Of a stretch of 38,350 bases of DNA, positions 27,570 to 35,377 are shown piece after piece (the first letter of the stretch is position 1; every line of letters starts with the position of its first letter). The position numbers were made by a program, and so were the translations under genes. The notes beneath the pieces are model-generated. The model searched no databases. It saw only the letters and a list, made by a program, of their open reading frames with translations, and was not told the origin of the DNA. The stretch is taken from positions 1 through 38,350 of the IMG/VR virus record IMGVR_UViG_3300017985_000052. The stretch is one strand, 5' to 3'. Origin of the DNA: a virus. Lineage: Duplodnaviria; Caudoviricetes.

Positions 27570-27904
27570 AAGAACTACTAGCCGCGTTTCTTTTAACGCA
27601 ACAGCCTATGCCTGATGATATGTATGCTCTTGATGTCCCATTCCAACTGGCGTGTACCCCCAGTTTCATTAGCATGATGGAGCATCTTGAGAAAGACTAT
27701 GGCGAAATACCTATGGTAATGAGCCACATGAGCGTTGATACAACCATTGTATTATTCGTAAACAAAGAGCAAACAACGTCTACCCTCGTGGTTACACGGA
27801 ACATGAAAGATAGGGAAGAGGCTTGTATTCTTTGGGGCGGTCAGTCAAATGGTACGTCACTTAGCATTAACCCTAACCCAGTGTACCCCGAGGAAAGAAC
27901 ATGA
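27566..27904 (+). CDS. Hypothetical phage protein
   Basis: 112 aa; C...L...YGE.P...LFVN....T.TLV......ACI...G pattern; ATGA coupling. Confidence 0.65.
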   Translation: MKELLAAFLLTQQPMPDDMYALDVPFQLACTPSFISMMEHLEKDYGEIPMVMSHMSVDTTIVLFVNKEQTTSTLVVTRNMKDREEACILWGGQSNGTSLSINPNPVYPEERT

Positions 27905-28119
27905 CAATACCTACCTATCTACTAGGCGCAATTATATTTGTGATTGGTCAGACTGCCACCGCTATCTGGTGGGCATCTGGTATATCTAATGACGTTGAGT
28001 TGTTAAAGCGCGACAGGGATGATATTAGAATGATGGTGGATCATCTGGACGTATTGACTTACAGGATTGAAAGTCTTGAAGCAACAATCGACAGGGCGTT
28101 TGGAAAGGAGATGCGTTAA
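27901..28119 (+). CDS. Membrane protein with one TM segment and coiled coil (possible lysis component)
   Basis: N-terminal hydrophobic segment ending AIWWAS, then heptad pattern. Confidence 0.55.
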   Translation: MTIPTYLLGAIIFVIGQTATAIWWASGISNDVELLKRDRDDIRMMVDHLDVLTYRIESLEATIDRAFGKEMR

Positions 28120-28385
28120 TGGCAGTAAAGAAAGATTCTAGGTTGGCAAGGGCTGGTGTATCTGGTTACAACAAACCCAAACGCACACCAAACCATCCCA
28201 AGAAATCTCACGTTGTAGTAGCAAAAGAAGGTAGCAAGGTTAAGACGATTCGTTTTGGTCAGCAGGGTGTAACCGGAGACAAGCAACCAACCAAAAGGCA
28301 AGCGTCTTTTAAAGCGCGTCATGCTAAGAACATAGCCAAAGGCAAAATGTCAGCGGCTTACTGGGCTGACAAAGTTAAATGGTAA
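28119..28385 (+). CDS. Highly basic small phage protein
   Basis: 'GVSGYNKPKRTP.HPKKSHVVVAKEG..VKTIRFGQQG...SFKARH...SAAYWA.KVKW'. Confidence 0.8.
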   Translation: MAVKKDSRLARAGVSGYNKPKRTPNHPKKSHVVVAKEGSKVKTIRFGQQGVTGDKQPTKRQASFKARHAKNIAKGKMSAAYWADKVKW

Positions 28386-28396
28386 GGAGAATTAAA

Positions 28397-28513
28397 ATGG
28401 CAGTAAAGAAAAAACCAGCAAAGAAAATGTTTAAGCCTTGTCGTGGGTGTCCTACTCCTGCGGCATGTAAAAAAATGGGGCGTTGCAAAATGAAGAGCGG
28501 TAAGAAATACTAA
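28397..28513 (+). CDS. 38-aa Lys-rich microprotein with four Cys (MAVKKKPAKKMFKPCRGCPTPAACKKMGRCKMKSGKKY)
   Basis: Translated by hand; SD AAGGAG; TAATG coupling downstream. Confidence 0.75.
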   Translation: MAVKKKPAKKMFKPCRGCPTPAACKKMGRCKMKSGKKY

Positions 28514-28662
28514 TGCCGGGTAAAGGTTTGTATGCAAACATCCATGCCAAACGTAAACGAATCAAGGCTGGATCAGGAGAGAAAATGCGGAAGCCCGGAA
28601 GCAAGGGAGCGCCAACCGCAAAGGCATTTAAAAAATCAGCCAAGACAGCGAGGAAGAAATAA
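28513..28662 (+). CDS. 49-aa Lys/Arg-rich microprotein (MPGKGLYANIHAKRKRIKAGSGEKMRKPGSKGAPTAKAFKKSAKTARKK)
   Basis: Translated by hand; TAATG coupling at both ends. Confidence 0.8.
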   Translation: MPGKGLYANIHAKRKRIKAGSGEKMRKPGSKGAPTAKAFKKSAKTARKK

Positions 28663-28763
28663 TGTGGGAACAAACAGTAAAGAAGTGGAACCAGTTAGGG
28701 ACGAAACAAAAGATAGTGGCTATCGTGGTAGCCGTCGTACTTCTTGGCATAATCACTGCATAG
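28662..28763 (+). CDS. 33-aa single-pass membrane microprotein (MWEQTVKKWNQLGTKQKIVAIVVAVVLLGIITA)
   Basis: Translated by hand; TAATG coupling; C-terminal hydrophobic helix. Confidence 0.65.
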   Translation: MWEQTVKKWNQLGTKQKIVAIVVAVVLLGIITA

Positions 28764-29101
28764 CATGGTTATTCTTGACCATAGGGATGACAGGGTGCGA
28801 GACCCTGAGGGACGCGACGTACAGCGGGACGGGAGCGGCAATCGGTGCGGGAGCCGCAACTGTGATGAGCGGTGGTGTAACTGCTCCGATGCTGGGTGCA
28901 GTGGCGGGTGCATCAACGGGGATTGTCCTTGCCGATCTAACGGAGGATGACGTAGTACAGGCGGTACAACGCAAAACATTCTTTACAATTATTGAGGATT
29001 TGGTGGAGGTTGCTGGATGGGGGCTGATACTGTTTTTTGTGGGGCCGATAATTCTGGGGTGGATTTTGCCGGGGCCGCTAGAGCGGAAGAAAAAGAACTA
29101 G
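28664..29101 (+). CDS. Putative lipoprotein with glycine zipper and C-terminal TM helix (u-spanin-like); start uncertain
   Basis: IAWLFLTIGMTG-C lipobox-like; GAAIGAGAA...GAVAGASTG zipper; WGLILFFVGPIILGWILP then RKKKN. Confidence 0.55.
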   Translation: MGTNSKEVEPVRDETKDSGYRGSRRTSWHNHCIAWLFLTIGMTGCETLRDATYSGTGAAIGAGAATVMSGGVTAPMLGAVAGASTGIVLADLTEDDVVQAVQRKTFFTIIEDLVEVAGWGLILFFVGPIILGWILPGPLERKKKN

Positions 29102-29349
29102 TCATCGTAGAATGGCGTGATATTATAGCAACTTCTGGGTGGGAGCAAGAACCAACTTGCCCCACCTTTTTTAATGTGGGTTGGCTGGTTAGACAGGACA
29201 GTGAGGTGATAGTTCTGGCAACGTGTAAAGACCCTGATGACTTTACAGGAGAGTCATCTGATCCTCCTCCTGTTTACTATGGGTTTCATGTTTTTCCTCG
29301 CGGTTGCGTTGTTTCTGTTTCTGCAGTTCAGCGTAACGCCACAGAGTAA
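29017..29349 (+). CDS. Hypothetical phage protein (start uncertain)
   Basis: 'LVIVEWRDI....GW......VGWL......IVLA......FPRGCV' pattern of a common small phage family; last + strand gene. Confidence 0.6.
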   Translation: MGADTVFCGADNSGVDFAGAARAEEKELVIVEWRDIIATSGWEQEPTCPTFFNVGWLVRQDSEVIVLATCKDPDDFTGESSDPPPVYYGFHVFPRGCVVSVSAVQRNATE

Positions 29350-29503
29350 TCCCCTCATTCCTTAGAAATATCTCGGCCCATGTACGCCACTGCCCGTCAC
29401 GGCACTGGATAGATTTGTATTGATTAACCCAACAAAACCTAGCGAAGTGATACCTTCTCTGTTCGTCCCACTCCTTTTCTTGTTCTTTAGATGGATTCCT
29501 CAA
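29243..29503 (-). CDS. Hypothetical protein
   Basis: 86 aa; last gene of the - strand operon; overlaps upstream stop. Confidence 0.55.
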   Translation of the reverse strand: MRNPSKEQEKEWDEQRRYHFARFCWVNQYKSIQCRDGQWRTWAEIFLRNEGITLWRYAELQKQKQRNREEKHETHSKQEEDQMTLL

Positions 29504-30026
29504 GTTGATCTATCCTAATATTGTACATATCAACCAAAGTCATAAACCCATTTGAATAATCCTTAGAACCTTTCCGCCAGAGTTTTGCCCTTTGGAAATA
29601 CTCCTTTGCGCTCATATCACCACATAGCCAAATATTTTTTGGGTTCTTGTACCATTTACCGCCGCGCCTAATCGTACCGAGCGCGGGTTTTCCGTAGTAT
29701 CCAAACTCCCCAAACTCCATGCTGATAAAAACATATCTATCAGGTTGTTGATGGGTACTGGTCTTTGCAACTGACACATCATAAAAACCTTTTGGCGGTA
29801 CTGTGCGCCTCTTTGTTTTCACCTCAATCTTTTCACCATTGTAAATCATGTCGTAATCTTTCTCATCAGCCAACTCAACTCCAAGATGATTGGCTAAAGC
29901 AATCTCACCCAATCTTCCTGCGAGATTGCCGGCTCCATTTGTAATGGAGTTCTTGATACCTCCAAGATCATTTGCCCACTGCACTGCTTGGTCTATCATA
30001 TCCTGATTGAACTTTAGTAATTGCAT
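29487..30026 (-). CDS. PD-(D/E)xK restriction-endonuclease-like protein
   Basis: G.LGE helix, DYD...KIEVKT; ATG 30026 coupled (TAATG) to HNH stop. Confidence 0.7.
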   Translation of the reverse strand: MQLLKFNQDMIDQAVQWANDLGGIKNSITNGAGNLAGRLGEIALANHLGVELADEKDYDMIYNGEKIEVKTKRRTVPPKGFYDVSVAKTSTHQQPDRYVFISMEFGEFGYYGKPALGTIRRGGKWYKNPKNIWLCGDMSAKEYFQRAKLWRKGSKDYSNGFMTLVDMYNIRIDQLEESI

Positions 30027-30511
30027 TACCAATCCTGTATAAAGTTGTTGTGCTTTTTTGAATTCTCTGATTTTGAAAGAAGTTGTAGGTTATGCCAAGT
30101 GTGCAGTCCACAAACCAGTTTATTCCCTACTGGTATTATATGGTCTACAGCGAATCCCCATTCCTGAGCCTTTAGGTAAACCAATTTTATCAGTTCATCT
30201 CCATCCCAGTTTGGAGTTGCCTCTTTAATTTTAATTTTTCTTCTTCTGTTGCAGTTATTTCTTACTGCCTTACCTTCTGGGCTAGACCTGTACTCTTTTG
30301 TATTTTGCGCGTATACATCTGTATTATCAGCATAATGTTTTTTACCGTATTTTCTGTGGTATTCTTTCCACTCTTTTGTTTCTCGTCTTTCCGCTTCTTT
30401 CTTTTTAGAACAATCAATACACCTGTAGTGAGATATTTTAAAGTTTGAGGGCCAGATGTTTTTTAGTTCCAAAGAAACTTCAACACCGCAAATATTACAA
30501 TGTTTTTTCAT
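30026..30511 (-). CDS. HNH endonuclease (homing-type) with N-terminal Zn ribbon
   Basis: CxxC...CxxC; VDHIIP...VCGLH..HNLQ.L...EN..K.N; AT-rich. Confidence 0.88.
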   Translation of the reverse strand: MKKHCNICGVEVSLELKNIWPSNFKISHYRCIDCSKKKEAERRETKEWKEYHRKYGKKHYADNTDVYAQNTKEYRSSPEGKAVRNNCNRRRKIKIKEATPNWDGDELIKLVYLKAQEWGFAVDHIIPVGNKLVCGLHTWHNLQLLSKSENSKKHNNFIQDW

Positions 30512-30707
30512 TTACCCACTCCAGTATACATTCGTCTAACTCCTCTTTAGTTTTAAAGTATCGGTTGTCAACGTGCATATAAGTTAGTTTGTCATCGCTT
30601 GCCAGAAAGCACCACCCTTTAGGATGATTTGACCTTTCTACTCTGATGTTTGATCCGGGTATTCTACCAAGATTAAATCCGCTACCTCTTCCCCATTCAA
30701 TGGACAT
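30495..30707 (-). CDS. Hypothetical protein
   Basis: 70 aa, overlaps both neighbours in the operon. Confidence 0.55.
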   Translation of the reverse strand: MSIEWGRGSGFNLGRIPGSNIRVERSNHPKGWCFLASDDKLTYMHVDNRYFKTKEELDECILEWVNEKTL

Positions 30708-30939
30708 CTGGGCCTTTCAACTCTGGACTAAAGCCAACCACATTACCTCCAATGTCCTGACGTAACATACGCTTTAACGCTCTCCACATATACTCATGCC
30801 CTGCATACTCTGATTGTTGGGCGCAACCCTCAAGCAAATCTTCCATTTCCTCATTGTCAAAAAGTTCGTGATTCATTCCGTCTGTCATCAACTCCAACGC
30901 AGAGTCAAAGTGAAACACTATCATAGCAGGTATGCTCAT
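30697..30939 (-). CDS. Hypothetical protein
   Basis: 80 aa, coupled to exonuclease stop. Confidence 0.55.
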   Translation of the reverse strand: MSIPAMIVFHFDSALELMTDGMNHELFDNEEMEDLLEGCAQQSEYAGHEYMWRALKRMLRQDIGGNVVGFSPELKGPDVH

Positions 30940-31703
30940 TTAATATTCTTCAACCTTTGGTACAGTGTCTTAGCCGCCATAAATGCTTGAAAGTTTTCAT
31001 CTATTTCCGTTGACCTGACCGCCTCAAATTTACCCGTGGCTTTATCACACCTAAGTATGTAAGTTGCATCAACTGGTATCCCGTGCATATCTTCAATGGC
31101 TTTGGCATACGCCGCAACTTGTAGATGATATTCTGGGTAAACTCTCTTACTCGTTTTCCAATCAATAACACAATATTCTCCATTAATAATAGCCCTTGCA
31201 TCAACAGTTCCTGCATACTTATATTTCCTGTGAAAGATTTTTTCCTCTGACGATTTCCATTCCACCACATTCTCGCCAACCCAATCTTGAAATGCGTGAA
31301 TTGCGTTCACCGCTTCTTCTTGTCGTGGCATCTTCGGTATCTCACCGCCTGCAATCTTCCAATTGATTGCCGCTTCCACCCACTCATGGGTAACACTGCC
31401 TATGTTCAGCGCGTCGTGAGACTTGCCTCGATAGGCAGACTTGATACCCTTGAGCAGTGGCTCGATAGCCATGCGAGACTTGTACACGTTTGTCTTTTTG
31501 GATGACGCATCCTTGTCAAAGAAAAAGTTTTTCTCTAACCAATCAGCGCCAACCTTCAAGGCCCACGGTACAAGAGCAGGCTTTGAGATTACATCCAATA
31601 TCTTGGTAGCATTAGGTATAATCTCATCGCCCACCTTGTATGAATGGAGTTTGCTGTCGAATAACATCTCGACAACTTCGCCATCATGGTACTCAATCTT
31701 CAT
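30936..31703 (-). CDS. PD-(D/E)xK exonuclease (Cas4/RecB-like)
   Basis: GSVTHEWVE; SEE..F...Y.YAGTVD...IDWKTS...Y.LQVAAYA. Confidence 0.85.
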   Translation of the reverse strand: MKIEYHDGEVVEMLFDSKLHSYKVGDEIIPNATKILDVISKPALVPWALKVGADWLEKNFFFDKDASSKKTNVYKSRMAIEPLLKGIKSAYRGKSHDALNIGSVTHEWVEAAINWKIAGGEIPKMPRQEEAVNAIHAFQDWVGENVVEWKSSEEKIFHRKYKYAGTVDARAIINGEYCVIDWKTSKRVYPEYHLQVAAYAKAIEDMHGIPVDATYILRCDKATGKFEAVRSTEIDENFQAFMAAKTLYQRLKNIK

Positions 31704-31936
31704 TAGAAGGGAACTTCTGCAGACCTAGAAGAACTTTTACCAGAGCCGTTAGTAGACATTGGCTCTTCGATACGACCAGAGAACCGCAGTTTGCCAGACT
31801 CTTTTGCCCACAATGAAACCCGCATCTTGACACCATCAACCAGTGCATAGCCGGTGATGTCAGGGCGATTCTCATTACCCTCTTTATCGTTTACAAACAG
31901 TGAGATGTCTCCATCTTTTTCTTTATAATCACTCAT
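31703..31936 (-). CDS. SSB-like protein (DUF736-like)
   Basis: 'SLFVN.K.GNENRPD..G...V.G....VSLW', C-terminal EVPF tail like SSB; ATG 31936. Confidence 0.7.
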   Translation of the reverse strand: MSDYKEKDGDISLFVNDKEGNENRPDITGYALVDGVKMRVSLWAKESGKLRFSGRIEEPMSTNGSGKSSSRSAEVPF

Positions 31937-31944
31937 ATAATTTC

Positions 31945-32277
31945 CTATAGTAAGTTGTTGTGTAATCTTCGGTTGGCTTGCTCTGTACGCCATACTTCAA
32001 TGCGTAGTTCTAACTGCTTGAGTTCCCACCTAAGACGCTCTTCGTTTTCAATTGCAACCGCGACACCCTCAATTGTTTTAGTGACTTCCGGTTGAATCGA
32101 AACCCAATTCTCCTTGTCTGCTACGGTCTTGCCTACCGCCTTGCCGAACAGCATGGAGCGTTGAGTCTTTTTAAACTCCGTCAGTTGATACGTTTCGGCT
32201 TTCGCCTTCGCATACTGAGGAGCAATCTCTTCTATCTTATCCAGATATTCCTCTACCATTTGATCCATAGTTTTCAT
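31945..32277 (-). CDS. Helical protein, possibly UvsY-like recombination mediator
   Basis: 'YAKAKAE...L.EFKK...KTVADKE...LRWEL...IEVWRTEQANRR'. Confidence 0.5.
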   Translation of the reverse strand: MKTMDQMVEEYLDKIEEIAPQYAKAKAETYQLTEFKKTQRSMLFGKAVGKTVADKENWVSIQPEVTKTIEGVAVAIENEERLRWELKQLELRIEVWRTEQANRRLHNNLL

Positions 32278-32567
32278 AACTCGATTATACCATCATTAAA
32301 TGCTTTGTCAAGTGTTCGCAGAATAAAGTTCTCCTGCCAGTCCATGAACGCCGCATCCCCTGAGTGCATCTGTGCGTGACATCTAAAACACAGCGGCATG
32401 GTTAACCAATCACTAGCCTTGTATCCCATACCACCTGACAGTGGAGCGGCTCGACCCTTTAGATGGTGGGCTACCACCGTACCATCCCTAACCTCACAAC
32501 CAATACATGGCAGGGTGGCAACCCACTCAAGATAAGCCTTACTCTGTATCCGTTTTGACATACTCAT
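32274..32567 (-). CDS. DUF968-like HNH-type nuclease (Ref/NinG-like)
   Basis: YLEWV..LPC..C......AHH......GMG.KASD....PLC..CH...H. Confidence 0.8.
   Translation of the reverse strand: MSMSKRIQSKAYLEWVATLPCIGCEVRDGTVVAHHLKGRAAPLSGGMGYKASDWLTMPLCFRCHAQMHSGDAAFMDWQENFILRTLDKAFNDGIIEL
32284..32311 (-). promoter_or_regulatory. Consensus sigma70 promoter TTGACA-16-TATAAT with extended -10 TG
   Basis: Minus strand: TTGACA (32311-32306), TGG-TATAAT (32292-32284). Confidence 0.8.
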
Positions 32568-32745
32568 TAATCAGAATGTTAGCATAGTGTACTATCTTTG
32601 TCAAATCTTCTAGCGGAGTTCCCTTCTTGTCATAGCGGGAAGCATACTTAACTATATTTCCCGCACAGAAATTGAGATTATTCCGCATGATATACTCGAT
32701 AGGTTCCACTTCCATCTTGTAATGATTAGGCGTTAGATTCCGCAT
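32539..32745 (-). CDS. DUF3310 protein (T7 gp1.7-like nucleotide kinase family)
   Basis: 'P.HY...EPIEYI......FC.GNIVKY..RY.KKG..LEDL.K..HY'. Confidence 0.8.
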   Translation of the reverse strand: MRNLTPNHYKMEVEPIEYIMRNNLNFCAGNIVKYASRYDKKGTPLEDLTKIVHYANILINEYVKTDTE

Positions 32746-34379
32746 ACACCACTCAAGCATTGCTCTTCAGAGTTATCCTCATAGATCACCCCACGCTTCG
32801 CGTGAGCCTCCTCATAAGGCACTGAGGTAATAGGCTGACCACCCCTAGCACCGTCTGGATACACCGTCAGGCCGCGTAGACCGCCTGCGTAGTGACTTAT
32901 GATACTGGCGAACTTCTCCACCTGATCCTCATTGTTAGTCTCTGTACCCCATGCAGGCATATTCAGAGTAGAACTGATAGCGTGATCCACATACTTCTGC
33001 AACTGGAACTGGAATTTAATCCGTCGCTCTGGGTCTGCCGCAAGATCAACAGCCGACTCGATGCTGTCTGGTTTTATTCCTGAGTCAATAAGTCCTTGCG
33101 CCGTGCCGTCCACGACAAATTGATGTTTCCATTTTGTTCCATCTGAAAGATAACGTCTACGGTATGCGACTGCGTAGATCGGCTCAACTCCAGAAGTAGT
33201 CCCCGCGAGTATGGAGATTGTTCCAGTTGGAGCAATTGCTCGATACCCTTTAGGGCGGTTAAGAAACAGTCTATCGCAATGCTCGTCGGCGGCTCGTTTA
33301 CTTTCTCGTTCATAGACTTTCATCCATTCTTTAAGTTCATCAACCATCTCGTACCGATAGCCACGCTTCAGTAACCACTCATGCATACCCATCAGTCCGA
33401 GACCAATACGACTGTTCTTCTGTCTTGTCTCCCTTACCTTCTCATACGGAAGTTCCGCTCTAATAAGCCCACAAACCAAGAACTTACTAGCAAGCCGTAC
33501 CACATCACGAAACTCATCAATGTTGTCGATATTAGCAAGATTAACACTACCGAGATTGCAAACATCCGAGTCATCCTCCGAAGTAATCTCAGTACATGCA
33601 TTGCGTAGCGTTTCATTTTGTTTGTCTCCAAAGTTAAAGGAGAATCCCGGCTCACCCGTCATCATTGCCTGACGTACATTCTTTAGGAACGTCGGGTTCT
33701 TCTCACGCTTCAGATCATTCAACCATGAGTCATCGTAGTTCAGACTGATGTTCATCATGTCCAGTGGAGCGGGAAAGTTAAAGTCTGATTGCTTTAACTG
33801 CGCGATATTAACATCACCCGCAGGCATATCATGCCAGTTCTTAGCCACCAGAAGATTGGTTGCATCCTCATGTCTCCAGTTTAGCGAACCGTACAGCGCG
33901 GATCGTCGTGATCCACCCTGCATGACGTTGCGTCCTACCTCATTCAAGGTGTACAAGAGAGGAATGGGGCCAGATGCCACGCCACCAGTGCGCCGTAGTT
34001 GGCGACCAGAGGGGCGACATAGGCTAACATCTACGCCTATGCCACCGCCGGTCATCAGGCAGGACATGGCCCGTTGTGTCACACCAGACCATTCTTCCCG
34101 CGTATCATCCTCTAGTCTGAGTAGATAACAGTTATTGTAGAACCGAGCCTCACGGCCTGCATACCAAAGGTATCGCCCACCGGGGAGAAACTTAAAGTCA
34201 GAAATTTTCTGTACCAGTTCATCCTGATCGGACTTATCCATCAGATTGTTTTTCTTACCATCGTAAGTACCGCAGACGTTATTGACTACGGTGTGCGCTT
34301 TGTCCTCCCAAGTTTCATATGGATTGCCAGCATACTTCTGCTTAAATATTGTCTCGCCTAGTTCAGTTCTAAATTTCAT
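32733..34379 (-). CDS. nrdJ: Class II (B12-dependent) ribonucleotide reductase
   Basis: PGGRYL, NNCY, GGGIG, GGSRRSA, GEPG, NACTEI, CNLGS, IGLG.MG, IAPTGTIS, SGVEP, GLTVYPDG (no class I YY pair), C-terminal CLSGVC; no NrdB nearby. Confidence 0.9.
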   Translation of the reverse strand: MKFRTELGETIFKQKYAGNPYETWEDKAHTVVNNVCGTYDGKKNNLMDKSDQDELVQKISDFKFLPGGRYLWYAGREARFYNNCYLLRLEDDTREEWSGVTQRAMSCLMTGGGIGVDVSLCRPSGRQLRRTGGVASGPIPLLYTLNEVGRNVMQGGSRRSALYGSLNWRHEDATNLLVAKNWHDMPAGDVNIAQLKQSDFNFPAPLDMMNISLNYDDSWLNDLKREKNPTFLKNVRQAMMTGEPGFSFNFGDKQNETLRNACTEITSEDDSDVCNLGSVNLANIDNIDEFRDVVRLASKFLVCGLIRAELPYEKVRETRQKNSRIGLGLMGMHEWLLKRGYRYEMVDELKEWMKVYERESKRAADEHCDRLFLNRPKGYRAIAPTGTISILAGTTSGVEPIYAVAYRRRYLSDGTKWKHQFVVDGTAQGLIDSGIKPDSIESAVDLAADPERRIKFQFQLQKYVDHAISSTLNMPAWGTETNNEDQVEKFASIISHYAGGLRGLTVYPDGARGGQPITSVPYEEAHAKRGVIYEDNSEEQCLSGVCGI

Positions 34380-34831
34380 GCCGCTTTATTATACTCCTTT
34401 CTCCATTTCTCGATTTCTTTTCCGTACCGTTCTGCCATGATCTTATCATAGCCTTCCGGCGTGGCCCACTCTGCGGGATTTCGCCCACTGTCAAATGCTG
34501 AAGGATAGTAGAGATAGCGCCCAACGCCCCACAGGACTGCGGCTCTCTTCAGGGCATCACTAATACCCCCTTTGTCGCCTTCAATGTCAGTGTCACCCGC
34601 ACCGTCAGACTTAGTAACCCATTTGTCTCCGATTCTGCACGACAGTTTACAGATCATTCTGCCGCCCAGATTTTCGTAGTGCGCCTGCCAACCGTCGATT
34701 CCGAACACATCATCAAGCCGGTTCATAACATCCCGCGCATCAATGTAAACCAAGTCTTTACCACCCTTGTAACCTTTACGCCACTTGTGCTGAGTGAAAG
34801 GTCGCTTGAGTGCTATCTCCAAGTGCTTCAT
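34376..34831 (-). CDS. sak: Rad52/22-family single-strand annealing protein (Sak)
   Basis: YIDARDVMNRLD.VFG..GW...K.DGAG.TD.EG.KG..SDALKRAAV.WGVGRYLY. Confidence 0.9.
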   Translation of the reverse strand: MKHLEIALKRPFTQHKWRKGYKGGKDLVYIDARDVMNRLDDVFGIDGWQAHYENLGGRMICKLSCRIGDKWVTKSDGAGDTDIEGDKGGISDALKRAAVLWGVGRYLYYPSAFDSGRNPAEWATPEGYDKIMAERYGKEIEKWRKEYNKAA

Positions 34832-34833
34832 AA

Positions 34834-35052
34834 TTACTCCTTAATTAGTTTTTCGTGATATCCACCATCCGAATCATACCAGCCATGATACACGTTGTCA
34901 ACAAGTTTTTTCCGGTGAATAACAAATGGTTTTTCTTCAGTGCCTTCACCCTCGATCATCTCATTCGCGTAGCCAAGATACTTGACAGGCGAAAAGAACT
35001 CATCCATAAATGAGCGATCAATCGGGTTCAGACGATTCATTAGTTGTCGCAT
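34834..35052 (-). CDS. Hypothetical protein
   Basis: 72 aa, fills operon gap; GGAG SD of sak lies in its 3' end. Confidence 0.55.
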   Translation of the reverse strand: MRQLMNRLNPIDRSFMDEFFSPVKYLGYANEMIEGEGTEEKPFVIHRKKLVDNVYHGWYDSDGGYHEKLIKE

Positions 35053-35377
35053 TATAAACTCCTATAAAGTGTTTGGCATCCATCACTACCAAAGGTTCTA
35101 GTCGATTACGTTTTACGAATAGCAAAGGTTGATGGCCCTTTGCATTTGCTTTGGCTTGATTCCAAGCCGACCACAAATTCAGTCTTTCCACATTCTTGCA
35201 CTCTATGCTGTATGGAAATATAGTTCTAGCGCGTGGAGAAAGTAATACATCTTCTCCGCCTGCTCCCATGCTAGTTGATCTAACATCGTCATCCTCTAGG
35301 TCAAAGGCATCAATTAACAGCGACCTTACCCACTGCTGAAGCCTTCTTCCCTTTTGTTTTCCTGATGATGTTTTCAT
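35018..35377 (-). CDS. Holliday junction resolvase (archaeal Hjc-like PD-(D/E)xK)
   Basis: 'S.KQKGRRLQQWV...SMGAGGEDV.LS...FPYSIECKN.E.LN.W.A..QA..NA...PL...KRNR'. Confidence 0.8.
   Translation of the reverse strand: MKTSSGKQKGRRLQQWVRSLLIDAFDLEDDDVRSTSMGAGGEDVLLSPRARTIFPYSIECKNVERLNLWSAWNQAKANAKGHQPLLFVKRNRLEPLVVMDAKHFIGVYNATTNESSEPD

Noticed and set aside
28532-28663. 5' part of the 189-aa ORF in the track
   Set aside because: This stretch is better explained by the TAATG-coupled 49-aa basic ORF; the lipoprotein probably starts later
28765-28950. 61-aa Cys/Gly-rich + strand ORF resembling a metallothionein or embedded spanin
   Set aside because: Cys arise from off-frame reading of GGT GCx glycine-zipper codons; no signal peptide
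30936-31703. Cas4 implying a CRISPR-Cas locus
   Set aside because: No Fe-S cysteine cluster, no other cas genes or array; ordinary phage exonuclease context
32733-34379. Intein or intron in RNR (also checked terL and helicase)
   Set aside because: Proteins are compact and continuous; no intein splice motifs or LAGLIDADG inserts seen
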